Source: Tubulanus polymorphus (Eukaryota > Animalia > Nemertea). From it: a stretch of 64,000 nucleotides of DNA. Of this stretch, positions 11,781-23,900 are shown one piece after another; positions within the stretch are counted from its first letter, which is position 1, and each line of letters opens with the position of its first letter. The notes under the pieces are model-generated. The model had not been told where the DNA came from. It did no database searches and was given only the letters and a program-made list of their open reading frames with translations. The stretch lies in the NCBI RefSeq assembly GCF_964204645.1, contig NC_134030.1, forward strand, positions 14,880,110 through 14,944,109. Direction: 5' to 3'. A program made the translations under genes and the position numbers.

Positions 11781-12449
11781 CTAACCACTGATTAAAACCT
11801 CAGAATGCGGTTGATTCTGTGAAATACTATTCCATAATTCAACAAATGTCTTTGCTTTATCCAGTTGATCTAAATATAACTGTAAATCTAGTTTATTAGA
11901 TTTAATTATATTTTCTTTCTTTTCTAAAGGCCTTAAATTTCTCCAGTTCCAGATTAGCTTCTTATTATAATCATCACTCATGTCAAATTTAGAAATCGGC
12001 AACACGTGATCAATATGAAAGTATTCACCATAATTATCTATATTCATTTTATCATCGAATTGATTTAAAATCCATGATTTTAAGAATTCATCTGAACAAC
12101 CCAATAAATTAGATAGTGTTTCTGAATGCGTTTCTTTGTTGAATAATTGTGTTAATCTAGATCTTAAGCACTGTTTCAATCTAAAATTAATATCTGTTTG
12201 ATATCTTACTCTCATATATTCTGCCATATAATAATTATAATGTTCTATATTATCTTCTCCATATTGTTTGGTATATAGTTTAGTGCAAGTTTTACAGCAA
12301 TATTGAAAACCATCTTTGCTAATCTTACACTTACTAAATTCTGTTAAAGCTAATTTATCTAATTCACATTTAGAACACTTCTTGTAGTATATGTTTATGA
12401 CACCAGTGTTATTTGTAATATTGATAGTTTGTGGTTGTTCTGGTTCCAT
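11781..12449 (-). CDS. HNH/EndoVII-type endonuclease with N-terminal zinc ribbon
   Basis: CSKC...CKTC; FHIDHVLPISKF...NWRNLRPL...ENIIKSNK; architecture common in large eukaryotic DNA viruses. Confidence 0.85.
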   Translation of the reverse strand: MEPEQPQTINITNNTGVINIYYKKCSKCELDKLALTEFSKCKISKDGFQYCCKTCTKLYTKQYGEDNIEHYNYYMAEYMRVRYQTDINFRLKQCLRSRLTQLFNKETHSETLSNLLGCSDEFLKSWILNQFDDKMNIDNYGEYFHIDHVLPISKFDMSDDYNKKLIWNWRNLRPLEKKENIIKSNKLDLQLYLDQLDKAKTFVELWNSISQNQPHSEVLISG

Positions 12450-12655
12450 TTATTATACATATTTTTTTACTAAATTGATTTTAGAAGTTCAATGATTTAT
12501 ATCATGTATTATTTCAATCACACTTTACTAACACTTTTAATGTTTAAAAATCTAACTCATACAAATATGAATATTGAAATAATGTTGTAAATATATACTT
12601 TTATATTGAATAATCTGTCAATTTAAATGTTATTCATTTATATGATTATTTTAAG

Positions 12656-13065
12656 AGTAATAGGGGTAATGGGCTTTCAGGTTAAAGGTTGAATGGTCGA
12701 GTTCATTAAAAACAAATATTAAAAGTAATTTAAAACTATAATATATTTTCAAAACCGTGTGCATTTCAGTTGAATAATAGAATAATTATTATTATTAAAA
12801 TATATTTGATTATATGAATTTGTGTATAGTAAATAAATCGATTGGTCGCGGAGTAGAGCGGTAGCGAAGTGGAGCGACCAATTGATTTAATACAATATGC
12901 TTTTAAAATTTAAATTATTAATATCTTAGAATAAATATTTAGTTATAATATAAAATGCACACGGTTATGAAAATATATTATAGTTTTAAATTACTTTTAA
13001 TGTTTTGTTTTTTAATGAGCTCGACCGTTCGACCTTTGGCCTGAAAGCCCATTACCCCTATTACT
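12656..13065. repeat. 410-bp imperfect terminal palindrome (AGTAATAGGGG...CCCCTATTACT) of a hairpin-ended element
   Basis: Arms are reverse-complementary; central stem TAAATCGATTGGTCGC/GCGACCAATTGATTTA with a purine-rich loop; arm ends homologous to the ends of 53847..57218. Confidence 0.92.
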
Positions 13066-14743
13066 TAAAGATATTTATAAGAGAGACATAGTGGAATCAG
13101 CCCTAATTTGTAAACTTTGAAATCCAATCTATCTACTAATCTAAATACTGGTTTTTCTCCACATAATGTCGGAAAGAAAACACAACATGGCTACTAATTG
13201 AACGGAGCCAAATTTCCGATGTTTACGGCTCGACAGTGCCTTTGTAACGTGGATTTATCAAAATTCCCATGCAGTATCTGGAGATTGAAGTGAGCTGAAG
13301 GATATCGTACGGATTGTATCGGCGACAGTGGTAAGGTAAGGATGCCTTTACACTTTTAACAAAAACTGTGTGGAAAAGGGAAAAAATAATAAATATAGCT
13401 GCAAAGCAACGATAACGTGTTTTCTGAGCAGGCGTGCTATTCATAATTTGAAAAGTGGATAATAGTAATATATCAATGCGGGATACGCATTTTATGTGTC
13501 AAGTCACACCAATACGGTTTAACATAACATAATTTATAGTTATAGTCAAACTGGGAGTTACTCGGGTTGTTTAGTTGTCTGTGGAGTCGAGCAGATTGGT
13601 TACCCGTCTGTAACATTGGTTACGGAAACGACTCGTCAGCTTGATGAGTTGTATGTATTATGATTGTGCGCCACCTTCATTTTCCGAAATAATGTTCATA
13701 TAATTATTTGAAGGGACGATTGAAATCAATTATCAACGTGCATCTGAATATGTAATAGTCCTTGGTAACTAATTTCCGTTGCAGAGGGCATAGAAAAGAT
13801 TTTGAAATTATTTAATTAAAATATAAATTTTATTTATGAAAAATAAACTATTATGGTCAGTACAAATTGAAAATGCATAGTGTATTTTTAAGAACAAGCT
13901 TACATAGCTTACAGAATACATCACGTACATTTGAATTTTATAAGTGATGGGTAAATATCAACGTGTGACAGAAAATATGTAGTTAATTATTCAACAATAT
14001 CGAAATATGTGCTCTCTTTTTAAACTAATGGAGTGATACGCAATTAATCGCATGACCTGTATTAAAAGATAGAACATACAAGTTGGATATTTATAAGTCG
14101 AAACATGTGAACAGAAACTAAAACTTTGATGTCAGTGATCAGTATGGAATTACACAACGACAATTGGCTTTAAACGCAACAAACATTATTAAAGAATGTT
14201 TCAAACAAAATGCTTTATATAACAACATGAATAAACTTGTTTTACAAAACAAGAAAGTACATTTTGAACGTTTGAATGGTCGAATCCCATTTATTCACAG
14301 TAACTTGTGATTTGGCGATTCTCGGAGCCATCCTTACGCTTATCCGCACGCTTATTCGCGGAGCGGGACATAGTGACGCTGCGCCTCGACCCCTTCGCGC
14401 TGAGAACTTGTGTTTACGGGCCTTAAATACCAGCATTGAGTGTCGCTTATTCTCAGACCTTATAGAAATATCTTATTCCCAGTCAGCAGAGACAGGTTCT
14501 AAAAATCATAGAGTGCATCGCTGGAGGGTTTCCGATCCATATAATTGAATTTGAATTGGTGCGGTGGCGCTCTCAATGCGGAAGTTTTTGTCATTCCGAA
14601 TTTTTCAGTCGGCGACGGACATTTATCGTTGTAAGTGATGTAATATGTAAAAAAATGCGGTGAAACCTATCTCAATTTGTTTTTAGCGATGCAGCGGAAC
14701 TAATAAGGAACATTTTGATATAGGCCTATAACATGACCATAGT

Positions 14744-14960
14744 TGTAGTGGGCTTGATTTCATACAAGCGCCATCTATCGTTGTAATAGGTCAATTGTAA
14801 TAAAATTTTATTGATGTTGAGTACTTCCGGGTACATGGCGTGCGTGTTCGACGCTTTCGATAATAAAGTTGGTACGATGTCTGGTCATCGTGTGTTGTAG
14901 TTGTTCTTTGTCTGTCGCTGTCATCGGAGGACATCGGTCACGCTGAGAAGGGCCTCTACA
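14744..14960 (+). repeat. 5' LTR
   Basis: Near-identical to 19848..20064; TGTAGT...CTACA. Confidence 0.97.
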
Positions 14961-14964
14961 AAAT

Positions 14965-14979
14965 TGGCGCCCAACGTGG
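14965..14979 (+). promoter_or_regulatory. Primer binding site, tRNA-Lys(CUU)
   Basis: TGGCGCCCAACGTGG directly after the 5' LTR. Confidence 0.9.
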
Positions 14980-15055
14980 TAATTATCGAAGTGGACATGG
15001 TTTTTTGCGTTTTCGAAACGACCAGCCCAGTCGCACGTGGACTGGCCACGCCTTT

Positions 15056-15275
15056 CGTTAACGATTACTCCTTCAATCATCTGTTCGTTTTAACGGTGAT
15101 GTTTAACGATTACTCCTTTAATCGTTGGTTCGTTTTAACGGTAACATTTGTCGTGATTTGATGGTTATACCCTTATAATCGTCGGTTCGTTTTAACGGTG
15201 ATGTTTTAATGATTACCCCTTTAATCGTTGGTTCGTTTTAAACGGTTATGCGCTTTTAATCGTTGTTTCGTTCGG
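15056..15275 (+). repeat. Degenerate ~46-55-bp tandem repeats in the Gypsy leader
   Basis: Recurring TTTAATCGTTGGTTCGTTTTAACGGT. Confidence 0.8.
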
Positions 15276-15299
15276 TTGGTGACATCAGCGTCGTTGAAG

Positions 15300-16400
15300 A
15301 TGTCACGGAAGGAAGAAGTTGCTTCCGGATTGCGTCGTTACACGAACGACTATCTCACAACCCTTTGTGAGGTGAACCATTTGGATCTCGGTGTCGTGAA
15401 AACGAAGGAAGAGAAGATCGATGCGTTGTCAGACTTAAGTGCGATGAGGGAACCGACCCCTCCTATTACACCGTCGTCGTCTCTCCTTGACACCGAGAAG
15501 ATCTTCAAAGGATTACTTGAACATTTTTCGGCGACTCGTCGCGAGGATAATGAAGCGTTGTTGGAGACTGTACAGAAGCTGGTATCTAATAGTCGAAGCC
15601 AGCCACCGGATTCTCCTGCTATAATTATAGAGATGACTAAACTGTCTGAGAACGATGACATACATCACTGGTTCCGTATATTTGAGAATTTGGCGAATAG
15701 ATACAGAATTGCCTCGAGCGATTTAACGAGCGTGTCCGGCGCAGCAGGCGTATTTTTCGTTAAGCGATGCTGATAGAAAGGTCTACAAAACTGTGAAGGA
15801 TGCGATATTTGTCAGATATCGACTGACACCATCCGCGTATCGTCTGAAGTTCCGTAGAGAAACGAAAAGTCACTCCGAAACGTTCGTAGATTTCGTTGTG
15901 CGATTGGAAGAATATGCCAGATATTGGTTGACGCCGTCAGATTCGCTACTGGAAAATTCGGAATATGTCAGAATTCAGGATAGACTTGTTTTCGACCAGT
16001 TTTTGCCCAATCTTCGAGATGAAACTCTTCGAATGAAACTTTCACAGCGAGATGAATTGAGTGCGCGTGAACTCGCTATGTTCGCTGACGCGACTCAAAA
16101 GAAATTACTTCGCGAGGAGAAGGAAATTGAAGGGAAAAGGTTCGATTCGAAATTCGAACACAAACCGAGATCGTCAGGGTAGCTGGGAGAAACGACCTAG
16201 CGTTTCTCATCGTTACAACGATGCGTGCTACAACTGCGGTGAATTAGGGCACAAACGTCGTGATATCCCGAAACGTAGTGATCGAAATCGTCACGAGCCG
16301 AATCGTAGTGATGAAACAGTTCGCAAAGAGGTAAAATTTGTTACCGTTGGAGGGTATCGTCCGTCGTCCTTAAGAGCGAACGCGCGTGAATTTGTTCCGG
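15300..16400 (+). pseudogene. gag: Gag with SCAN-like capsid C-terminal domain and degenerate CCHC knuckle
   Basis: YRLTPSAYRLKFR...RLEEYARYWL...LVFDQFL; CYNCGELGH; frameshifts. Confidence 0.8.
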
Positions 16401-19400
16401 ACAAGTCGTTTTCCGATCCAGGGCCATTAATCGAACTTCAAGTTAATACTTCGGCAATGCATGATTTGGTGGATTCGGGTGCTTCGGTAACGTTAGTAAC
16501 CGAAGATTTGTGTAAAAAACTGTGCGTAAAGCCAGTGAAACGTAACGAAACCATTCTGCAATGGTTTGAAGGTTCCACCTTCTCGCCGTCGGGTGTCGTC
16601 ATGCTCGACATTGGTTGCTGTGGCCTGACGCTGAGTGTGGAATGTGTCGTCGTGGAGTCGATGTCAACTCCGGTTTTGATTGGCAGAGACTTTATCTACA
16701 GAGCTGGATTGACGGTGGATTTCGCCGCAGGAGATTATTGGATCTCCACATCTCGCCCTGTTATTAAGTGGCCGTTGTTGGGTACTGAGATTCGTCGTTC
16801 CCAACAACTCGAGTTCGAGGATCAACAGCCCGACGTGGATTCGCGTGATGCTGAGCCGTTTACCGACGTTGAATGCCACGAGGCCGTTGAAGCGATATTG
16901 AGCGAATTTCCTGACGTTATTAGCGATTCTCCGGGTAGAACTCGTGTCTTACAACACGAGATCGTTTTGGACGACAACACCCCGGTCAGGCAGAAACCGT
17001 ATAATCTGTCTCCTGCGAAACGTCGAGCAGCCGAAGAACAGATTCCGGAAATGTTACGCAGCGGCGTAATTGAAGAATCTAAATCACCATGGCGGAGTCC
17101 GATCGTTATGGTTCTGAAACCTAACGGAAAATTTCGTATGTGCGTCGACTACCGAAAGTTAAATGCGAAAACTAAATCGGATGCGTATCCGATGAAAAAG
17201 CTCGACGATATTCTTTCGCGTTTGCACGGTGCCCGGGTTTTCTCAAAGCTTGACATGAAGTCTGGATTTTGGCAGGTGCCATTACGGAAAGAAGACAGAG
17301 AGTTAACCGCTTTCTCCTTGGGGGAGAACCTGTATCAATTCAAGGTATTACCTTTTGGTGTAAAAAATGGACCTTCCAGCGCCTCATGGAAAAGGTTTTG
17401 AGAAAGCACGGGTGCCTCGGAAAGTTTTGCGAGGTCGAATTTGACGACATCATTATTTATTCCCTCACATGGGAGGAGCACTTTGAGCATTTAAGAATAG
17501 TGTTACAATGTAGGCAGGTCTTACTGCAAGTCTAGAAAAGAGTAGATTTTTGTGACCGATACAGTGTATGTAGGTCACGGGGTATCTAAAATCGGTATTT
17601 CCGCTGGGCCGGAAAAGGTTCAGGCTATCGTGGACTATCCTGCTCCTACGAATCGTCGACAGTTAGATCGTTTCCTTGGAATGGTGGGTTGGTTTTCCAA
17701 ATTTATTCCAAATTGCTCCACCATAGCTGAACCGCTTTTTCAGTTACGTAGAGAGGAAATTAGTTGGTGTTGGTCAACTGAATGCGAAGGTCCATTTCTC
17801 AGGCTTAAGGACCTTATCTGCTCCGCCCCTTGCTTAACTCATCCGGATCCGGATGCTGATTTTGAATTACATACTGATGCGAGTGGGGTGCGTCTGGGTG
17901 CGTCTCTGAACCAGGTTCAAGATGGAGTCCTTAAGCCAATCGGTTTTAGTAGTAGAACATTAAATGTTGCCGAGCGCAACTATAGTACGACAGAAAGAGA
18001 AATATTAGCGGTCGTTTGGGCCTTAGAAAAGTGGCGACTCCTAGTTGAAGGGCGACTCATTACTGTTGTAACTGACCATCAGGCGTTGACGTGGATTTTC
18101 ATTACAAAGACTAATTACAAAGACTGATTAATTTATCGCCCCGGCTTTATCGTTGGGTACTGAGTGTTCAGGATTTCGATTTCGAAATAAGGTATAGAAA
18201 AGGAAAACTCCACGTCGTGCCTGATGCGTTAAGTAGGGATCCTAGGTTCGATCCGATTTTGTCGGTTGGTGTTATTGATGTAGAATTCGGTGATGATATT
18301 TGTCAGGACAATAATTGTATTAAACCTACCGGTGATTTGATAGATTGGATCCAGTGCGATGTTTGTAAATATTGGTATCATGATGTTTGTGTGGGAGTCG
18401 ATCCAGAGGATGCCGAGAATTTAGATTTTAATTGCAAGAATTGTCTTCTCGAGAAACGAGATGCTGATCCTCTGGATCGGGTCCCACTTCCTATTATTGA
18501 TCTTCCAATTCCTGGAATGGATCAGTTAGCCCAGCTACAACTGGATGATCCTTTTTTGGGCTCGGTCATAAAGTATTTGCAAGATGGTGAGGGCGACCAT
18601 GCATCTACTAAGCTGAAGAATTTTTCCAAAAACTGTGTTTTTGAGCAATATCTTTATAGAATAACGAAGTCAGGTAGACAAGTTGTAGTACCTGATATTT
18701 TGAGGTATCATGTAGTGAGGGAGATGCATGATTGCCCCACGGCTGGTCATTTCGGTAGAAAAAAGACCATGTTGAGAGTTCTCAAGTTTTTCTATTGGAT
18801 CGGTGTAGGAAAAGATATACGTAATTATGTCAGAGGCTGCGAGGTTTGTCAAAAAATTAAGGCTCGGTATAGAAAACCTGCTGGGTTTATGGAGTCTGTA
18901 GTTTCAAACTCGCCCTGGGAATTGGTGGGTGATCTCGTCGGTCCCTTGCCGGAGTCATATTCAGGTCATAAATATATTTTAGTTGTAAGAGGTCATTTCT
19001 CTAAGTGGGTCGAGTTTTTCCCTTTAAAAAGAGCAACTGGGAAAGAAGTAGCCATATGTCTCGTGAGGGATGTGTTTACCAGGTTCGGTCCACCATCACG
19101 GTTGTTAACTGACAACGGTTCCCAGTTTGTTTCGAAGTTTTTGAAGGCTGCGTGTAGTCATTGGGGAGTATCGTTAATCCACTGTACACCGTACCACCCT
19201 CAGTGTAATTGGGTGGAAAGGGTTAATCGAGATTTGAAATCTATGTTATCCTGTTCAGTTTGGGAGAATGGGAGTGATCATAGGGGTTGGGACGTGCACT
19301 TAGCAGAGTTTAGGTTCGCGATCAACTCCGTTGAAAATAACAGTACCGGATAAAGTCCGGCGGTGCTCGCTCTGTCTCGAGAGTTGTTTCATCCTGTTAT

Positions 19401-19770
19401 TAATCGTGTTAATCGTAAGGATCCAGCCTTAGTTCCGGTCGCTGAGGCCTTGAAGCGTTTTTGTAAATATAAAGTTGCCGCAGACCGGAAGCGTGTAAAG
19501 TTAGCTATTTCGCGAATGTCAGCCCAAGCTCAGTTAAGAAAACAAGGCTATGATAAGAAACGTCGAAATGTAGATATTAAAGTGGGTGACAAGGTGTTAG
19601 TTAAGACTCATTTTTTGTCAGATGCTTCAAAGAATTTTGCATCAAAATTAGCTCCTAAGTGGAAGGGTCCATATGTTGTTGAAGAAAGAGTTGGTAGTGT
19701 AGATTTTAGAATTCGAACTGGTCGTGGTCTTGAGACTTGGCATGCTGACAAGTTGAAGTTGTTTTATTAA
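16401..19770 (+). pseudogene. pol: Pol: protease, RT, RNase H, PHD finger, integrase
   Basis: LVDSGAS; RMCVDYRKLN, LDMKSGFWQV, FDDIII; TDASG...EREILAV...TDH; H-H-C-C zinc finger, DLVGP, TDNGSQF, VERVNR; KWKGPY. Confidence 0.93.
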
Positions 19771-19835
19771 TAATTGTTTTGAATACACAGTTGTAGTTTA
19801 TTTGGTCATCTCTGTCTTTAATAGAGCCAGATCTT

Positions 19836-19845
19836 AGGAGAGGGG
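19836..19845 (+). promoter_or_regulatory. Polypurine tract
   Basis: AGGAGAGGGG two bases before the 3' LTR. Confidence 0.9.
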
Positions 19846-19847
19846 TA

Positions 19848-20064
19848 TGTAGTGGGCTTGATTACATACAAGCGCCATCTATCGTTGTAATAGGTCAATT
19901 GTAATAAAATTGTATTGATGTTGAGTACTTCCGGGTACATGGCGTGCGTGGTCGACGCTTTCGATAATAAAGTTGGTACGATGTCTGGTCATCGTGTGTT
20001 GTAGTTGTTCTTTGTGTGTCGCTGTCATCGGAGGACATCGGTCACGCTGAGAAGAACCTCTACA
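19848..20064 (+). repeat. 3' LTR
   Basis: Matches the 5' LTR with a few substitutions. Confidence 0.97.
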
Positions 20065-20375
20065 TAGTACACTATCCCTGATGGAATAATAAGCTCCACT
20101 CGACAAACTCGTTCCCGTGCATTGTTATCTGTTTCAGCACACAGAGCCTCTACCATCAATTCCTAACCCCTGTTCGACCAACTTTGGGCGTTTTCCTTTG
20201 AAATAGTCTAATTGTAAAAGTTAAGCATCTAAGTTAATGCTGCATCTTTATTATGAAACCTAAGAAAGATTATTCTATTTATTTAGGCCTATTCAATTTT
20301 CTGTCCACTACTACCACGTGGAAAAAAGACCCAGTCAAAATTGTGCATCACGCTTTGACGAAGAAATCGGTTCTA

Positions 20376-20888
20376 GGCTATAAATTTTACGACTCAAAGA
20401 ATCTTTTTCTCAAAAAAGCCGCTTTGTGTTTGATGCAAAATATCATTTGCTTTAAAAATGTGTAACTAGGCCAAATCAAAAGGATATTTCAAGAGCAAAC
20501 TTTGCCGGGCCAAGAGCCATATTGAATTCAATTTTTTCCCAACCATTATGCCTCTTTAATCATAACATTATTTACCCTATTTCAAGATCTTAGGCCTACA
20601 AGTAGAGAGAGGGCCTACGTTGGGTTCAAATCGGAATTTTAAGATTTATTTCATTTAATTCCAGGTTTTCACTGTAGATTATTAAAGACATGTGGCATTT
20701 TTGGGAGTTCATAGTTGTTTGATAATCCATCATTTGTAAGTGTAAGGCTATTTGAGGGATTCGAAACCGACATTTTGTAAATTTTGTAGCTTTATTACGT
20801 TTAATTCCAGATGTTAATCATGACAGGGTTCATTTTGGGGGTTTGTCAGCGAGTTGGTATGCTGTCGGCAGAAGTAGTTTGATAATTC
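20376..20888. repeat. Segment of large inverted duplication (pairs with 53225..53737)
   Basis: Reverse-complement similarity visible throughout. Confidence 0.88.
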
Positions 20889-20925
20889 CCCACTCATCAC
20901 CACAAGTAATTTTTTTTCCTTATAA

Positions 20926-23900
20926 ATGGGAGAGAATAAGACAGAACACATTGATGTTAATGAAAATCAATATTATTGTCCATATTGTAAAAAATACATT
21001 GATAAATCTCGAAAATCGCGTCATGAAAAATCTTCAAATCATATAAAAAATGTTATAGATTTTGAAACTTCAGAAAATTCCAATGAAAGAAAAGAACGAT
21101 TAGAAAATATGAATGTGGATGAAATAAAATGTGAAGTTTGTAATGAATTTATAGTAAAAAGGAATTATAATAGACATCTCGAATCACAAAAACACCATCA
21201 AAATTTGAGTAATTATGTTTTAGGAAAAGATTATTTCGATGATAAACCTCAAAAAGTAAAAAACCAACTTCAAAAACTAAATCCATTTCAAATAAACCTT
21301 ACATGGAAAATGTTAGAAATTATATTGATTCACTAGAAATAAAAGATACAATTGAAATATTAGAAACATTACGTATTAAAATTGGTCCTACAGCTATTAT
21401 ATTTAGATTTTTTAAAGGTACAACAATAGAAGATTATAGTAAATTTAATGAAATAATAGAAAAAATACTAGATTTGATAACAGATGTTGAATATCCAAAA
21501 ATTAGTATCTCTGGGAAAGTAAGTTTTTTAAAGTCAGAAGAGAAAATGGATTATAATATTCAAACACTCTCTGAAGAAATAATTTCAAAAACGCAAATAA
21601 AAGAGAAGTTAGAAAAAATATTTAATGAATTTAAACGTCATATTGAAGAAAGATATTTTGAGGGTTCTGGTTTATCATTAAATGAAATTATATTTTTAGA
21701 TTTAAGTGTTTATAATACAAAAAGAAATAAAACATCAAAAAGTAATAAAATGTTTAAAAATGATTCAAACTTTACAACAGAAAAGGAGGATATTAAAGGA
21801 TCATATTATATTAAATTACCATTTACAACAAAAGCAGTGATAAATGTTCAAAATGAAGATAATAAATGTTTTCTGTGGGCAATTATTAGTTGCTTACACG
21901 CAACAGAAGATATTACACATAGTTTTAGAATAACAAATTACCGGAAATATGAAACATTATATAAAATTGATCAATATCCAGTAACTATAAAAATGATTTC
22001 TAAAATAGAAAAAGTTAATAATTTAAAAATAAATGTATTCGAATTAATGCAATTACCAAAGACAAAAGGTGAAAATATTAAAGATTATACATTGGAAGCT
22101 TTATATTTAACAGAATATTATGATGATGAAAATGCTATAGATTTGTTATATTACAAAAAAGATGAAAATGAACATTATATGTGGTTAAAACAAATTGATT
22201 TATTCTTTAGAACAGAAAGTGATCATCATCGTAAAATTTATCTATGTAGAAAATGTTTATCTAAATTTATGACTGAGAATACATTATTAAAACATAAAGA
22301 ATTATGTGATAATAAAGATTTTTGTAAATTAATAATGCCAACAGAAAAAGATTATAAATTGCAATTTACTAATCATAAATTTAAGAATATTGTTCCATTT
22401 GTAATTTATGGGGATTTTGAATCGTTGAATAAAGAATTAACTGATCAAGATAGAAAAGAAATATATAATAGAAAGCAATTATTAAAATCAATGGATAAAG
22501 GAAATGAATTAAATGAAGACACAACACAAGACCCACCAATTATAAATACAATTAAAAAAGTTCATCAAAGAGCTGCTGCTTATGGAATTTATATAAAATC
22601 AAATTATCCTGAATTATATGAAAGTCAATATATTTCTTTTAGAGGTAAAAATGTAGTTAATGTTTTTTGTGACAAAATGATTGAATTAGAAAGTGATTTT
22701 GCAAAATTATTAAACAAAAATAAAAGAATAGTTATGACAAAAGAAGATGAAATTGATTTTAATTATGCAACTCATTGTTGTTATTGTGAAAAACGTTTTT
22801 ATTCATTTGATAAAAAAGTTAGAGATCATGATCATTTCAATTCAAAATATCGTGGAGCTGCTCATGAAGATTGCAATTTACAAGCTAAGAAAGTTAATTT
22901 CGTACCAATATTATTTCATAATTTATCAGGCTATGATACCCATCTATTTATAAAACAATTATCAAAGAAATTGGGTACAATTAATCAAGAAATATAAGAA
23001 TATAATGCTATGAATGGTGTAAATGTAAGAAAATATGATTTTAAACTATTAGCTTAAACATCTGAAAATTATATTTCATTTCCATTTGGTTGCATTAGAT
23101 TTTTAGATTCCTATAGATTTCTAGCAAGTTCATTAGATAATTTATCAAAATAGTTGATAATGATTTTGTTATAACTCGATATTATTATCCAAATGAACAA
23201 GATTTTAAATTATTGAGATATAAAGGTGCAATTCCTTATTCATTTTATAAAACACACAATGATTTTAATGTAACAGAATTATTAAAAGATCAATTTTATG
23301 ATCAATTAAAAGAGGAGTATGCGAAGTGTTTAATAGAACATTAAATATTTGGAACCATTTTAAGATGAAAAATCATGGTGAATTAGTTGATTTATATTTA
23401 AAATCAGATGTTATGATATTGGCTGACATATTTGAAAAATTTAGAGAAGTTAATTTGAATCATTTTAATGTTGATCCTTGTTATTGCTACTCTAGTCCTG
23501 GTTTAACCTGGCAATGTGGTTTAAAATATACAAATGTAGAATTAGATTTATTAAAAGAACCAGACATGGTTTTATTATTTGAAAAATCAATTAGAGGTGG
23601 AATTAGTGGTGTTATGGGAGGTATTTTAAAGCAAATGATGAATATAAATTATTATATATTGACGCCAATAATTTATATGGTTGGGCAATGATGCAACCTC
23701 AACCATATAAAAATTTTATATTAACAGAAGTTGAAAATGATGATAAAACTGATTGGGAAAGCGCAATTGCGAGTTTAAAAGATGAAGCACCAATTGGTTA
23801 TTTCTTTGTTGTTGATTTAGAATATCCTGAAAATATAAAGTTTAAAACAAGAAACTTACCTTATTGTCCAGAACATTTAACTGTAGATGATAGTTATTTA

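Larger units (their letters stand above)
14744..20064 (+). mobile_element. Full-length Ty3/Gypsy LTR retrotransposon (decayed ORFs)
   Basis: 217-bp LTRs TG..CA, 4-bp TSD TAGT (14740-14743 / 20065-20068), PBS, PPT, gag-PR-RT-RH-INT order. Confidence 0.97.

Noticed and set aside
11133-12449. Group I/II intron hosting the HNH gene
   Set aside because: No recognisable P7 or domain V core and no interrupted gene on either side.
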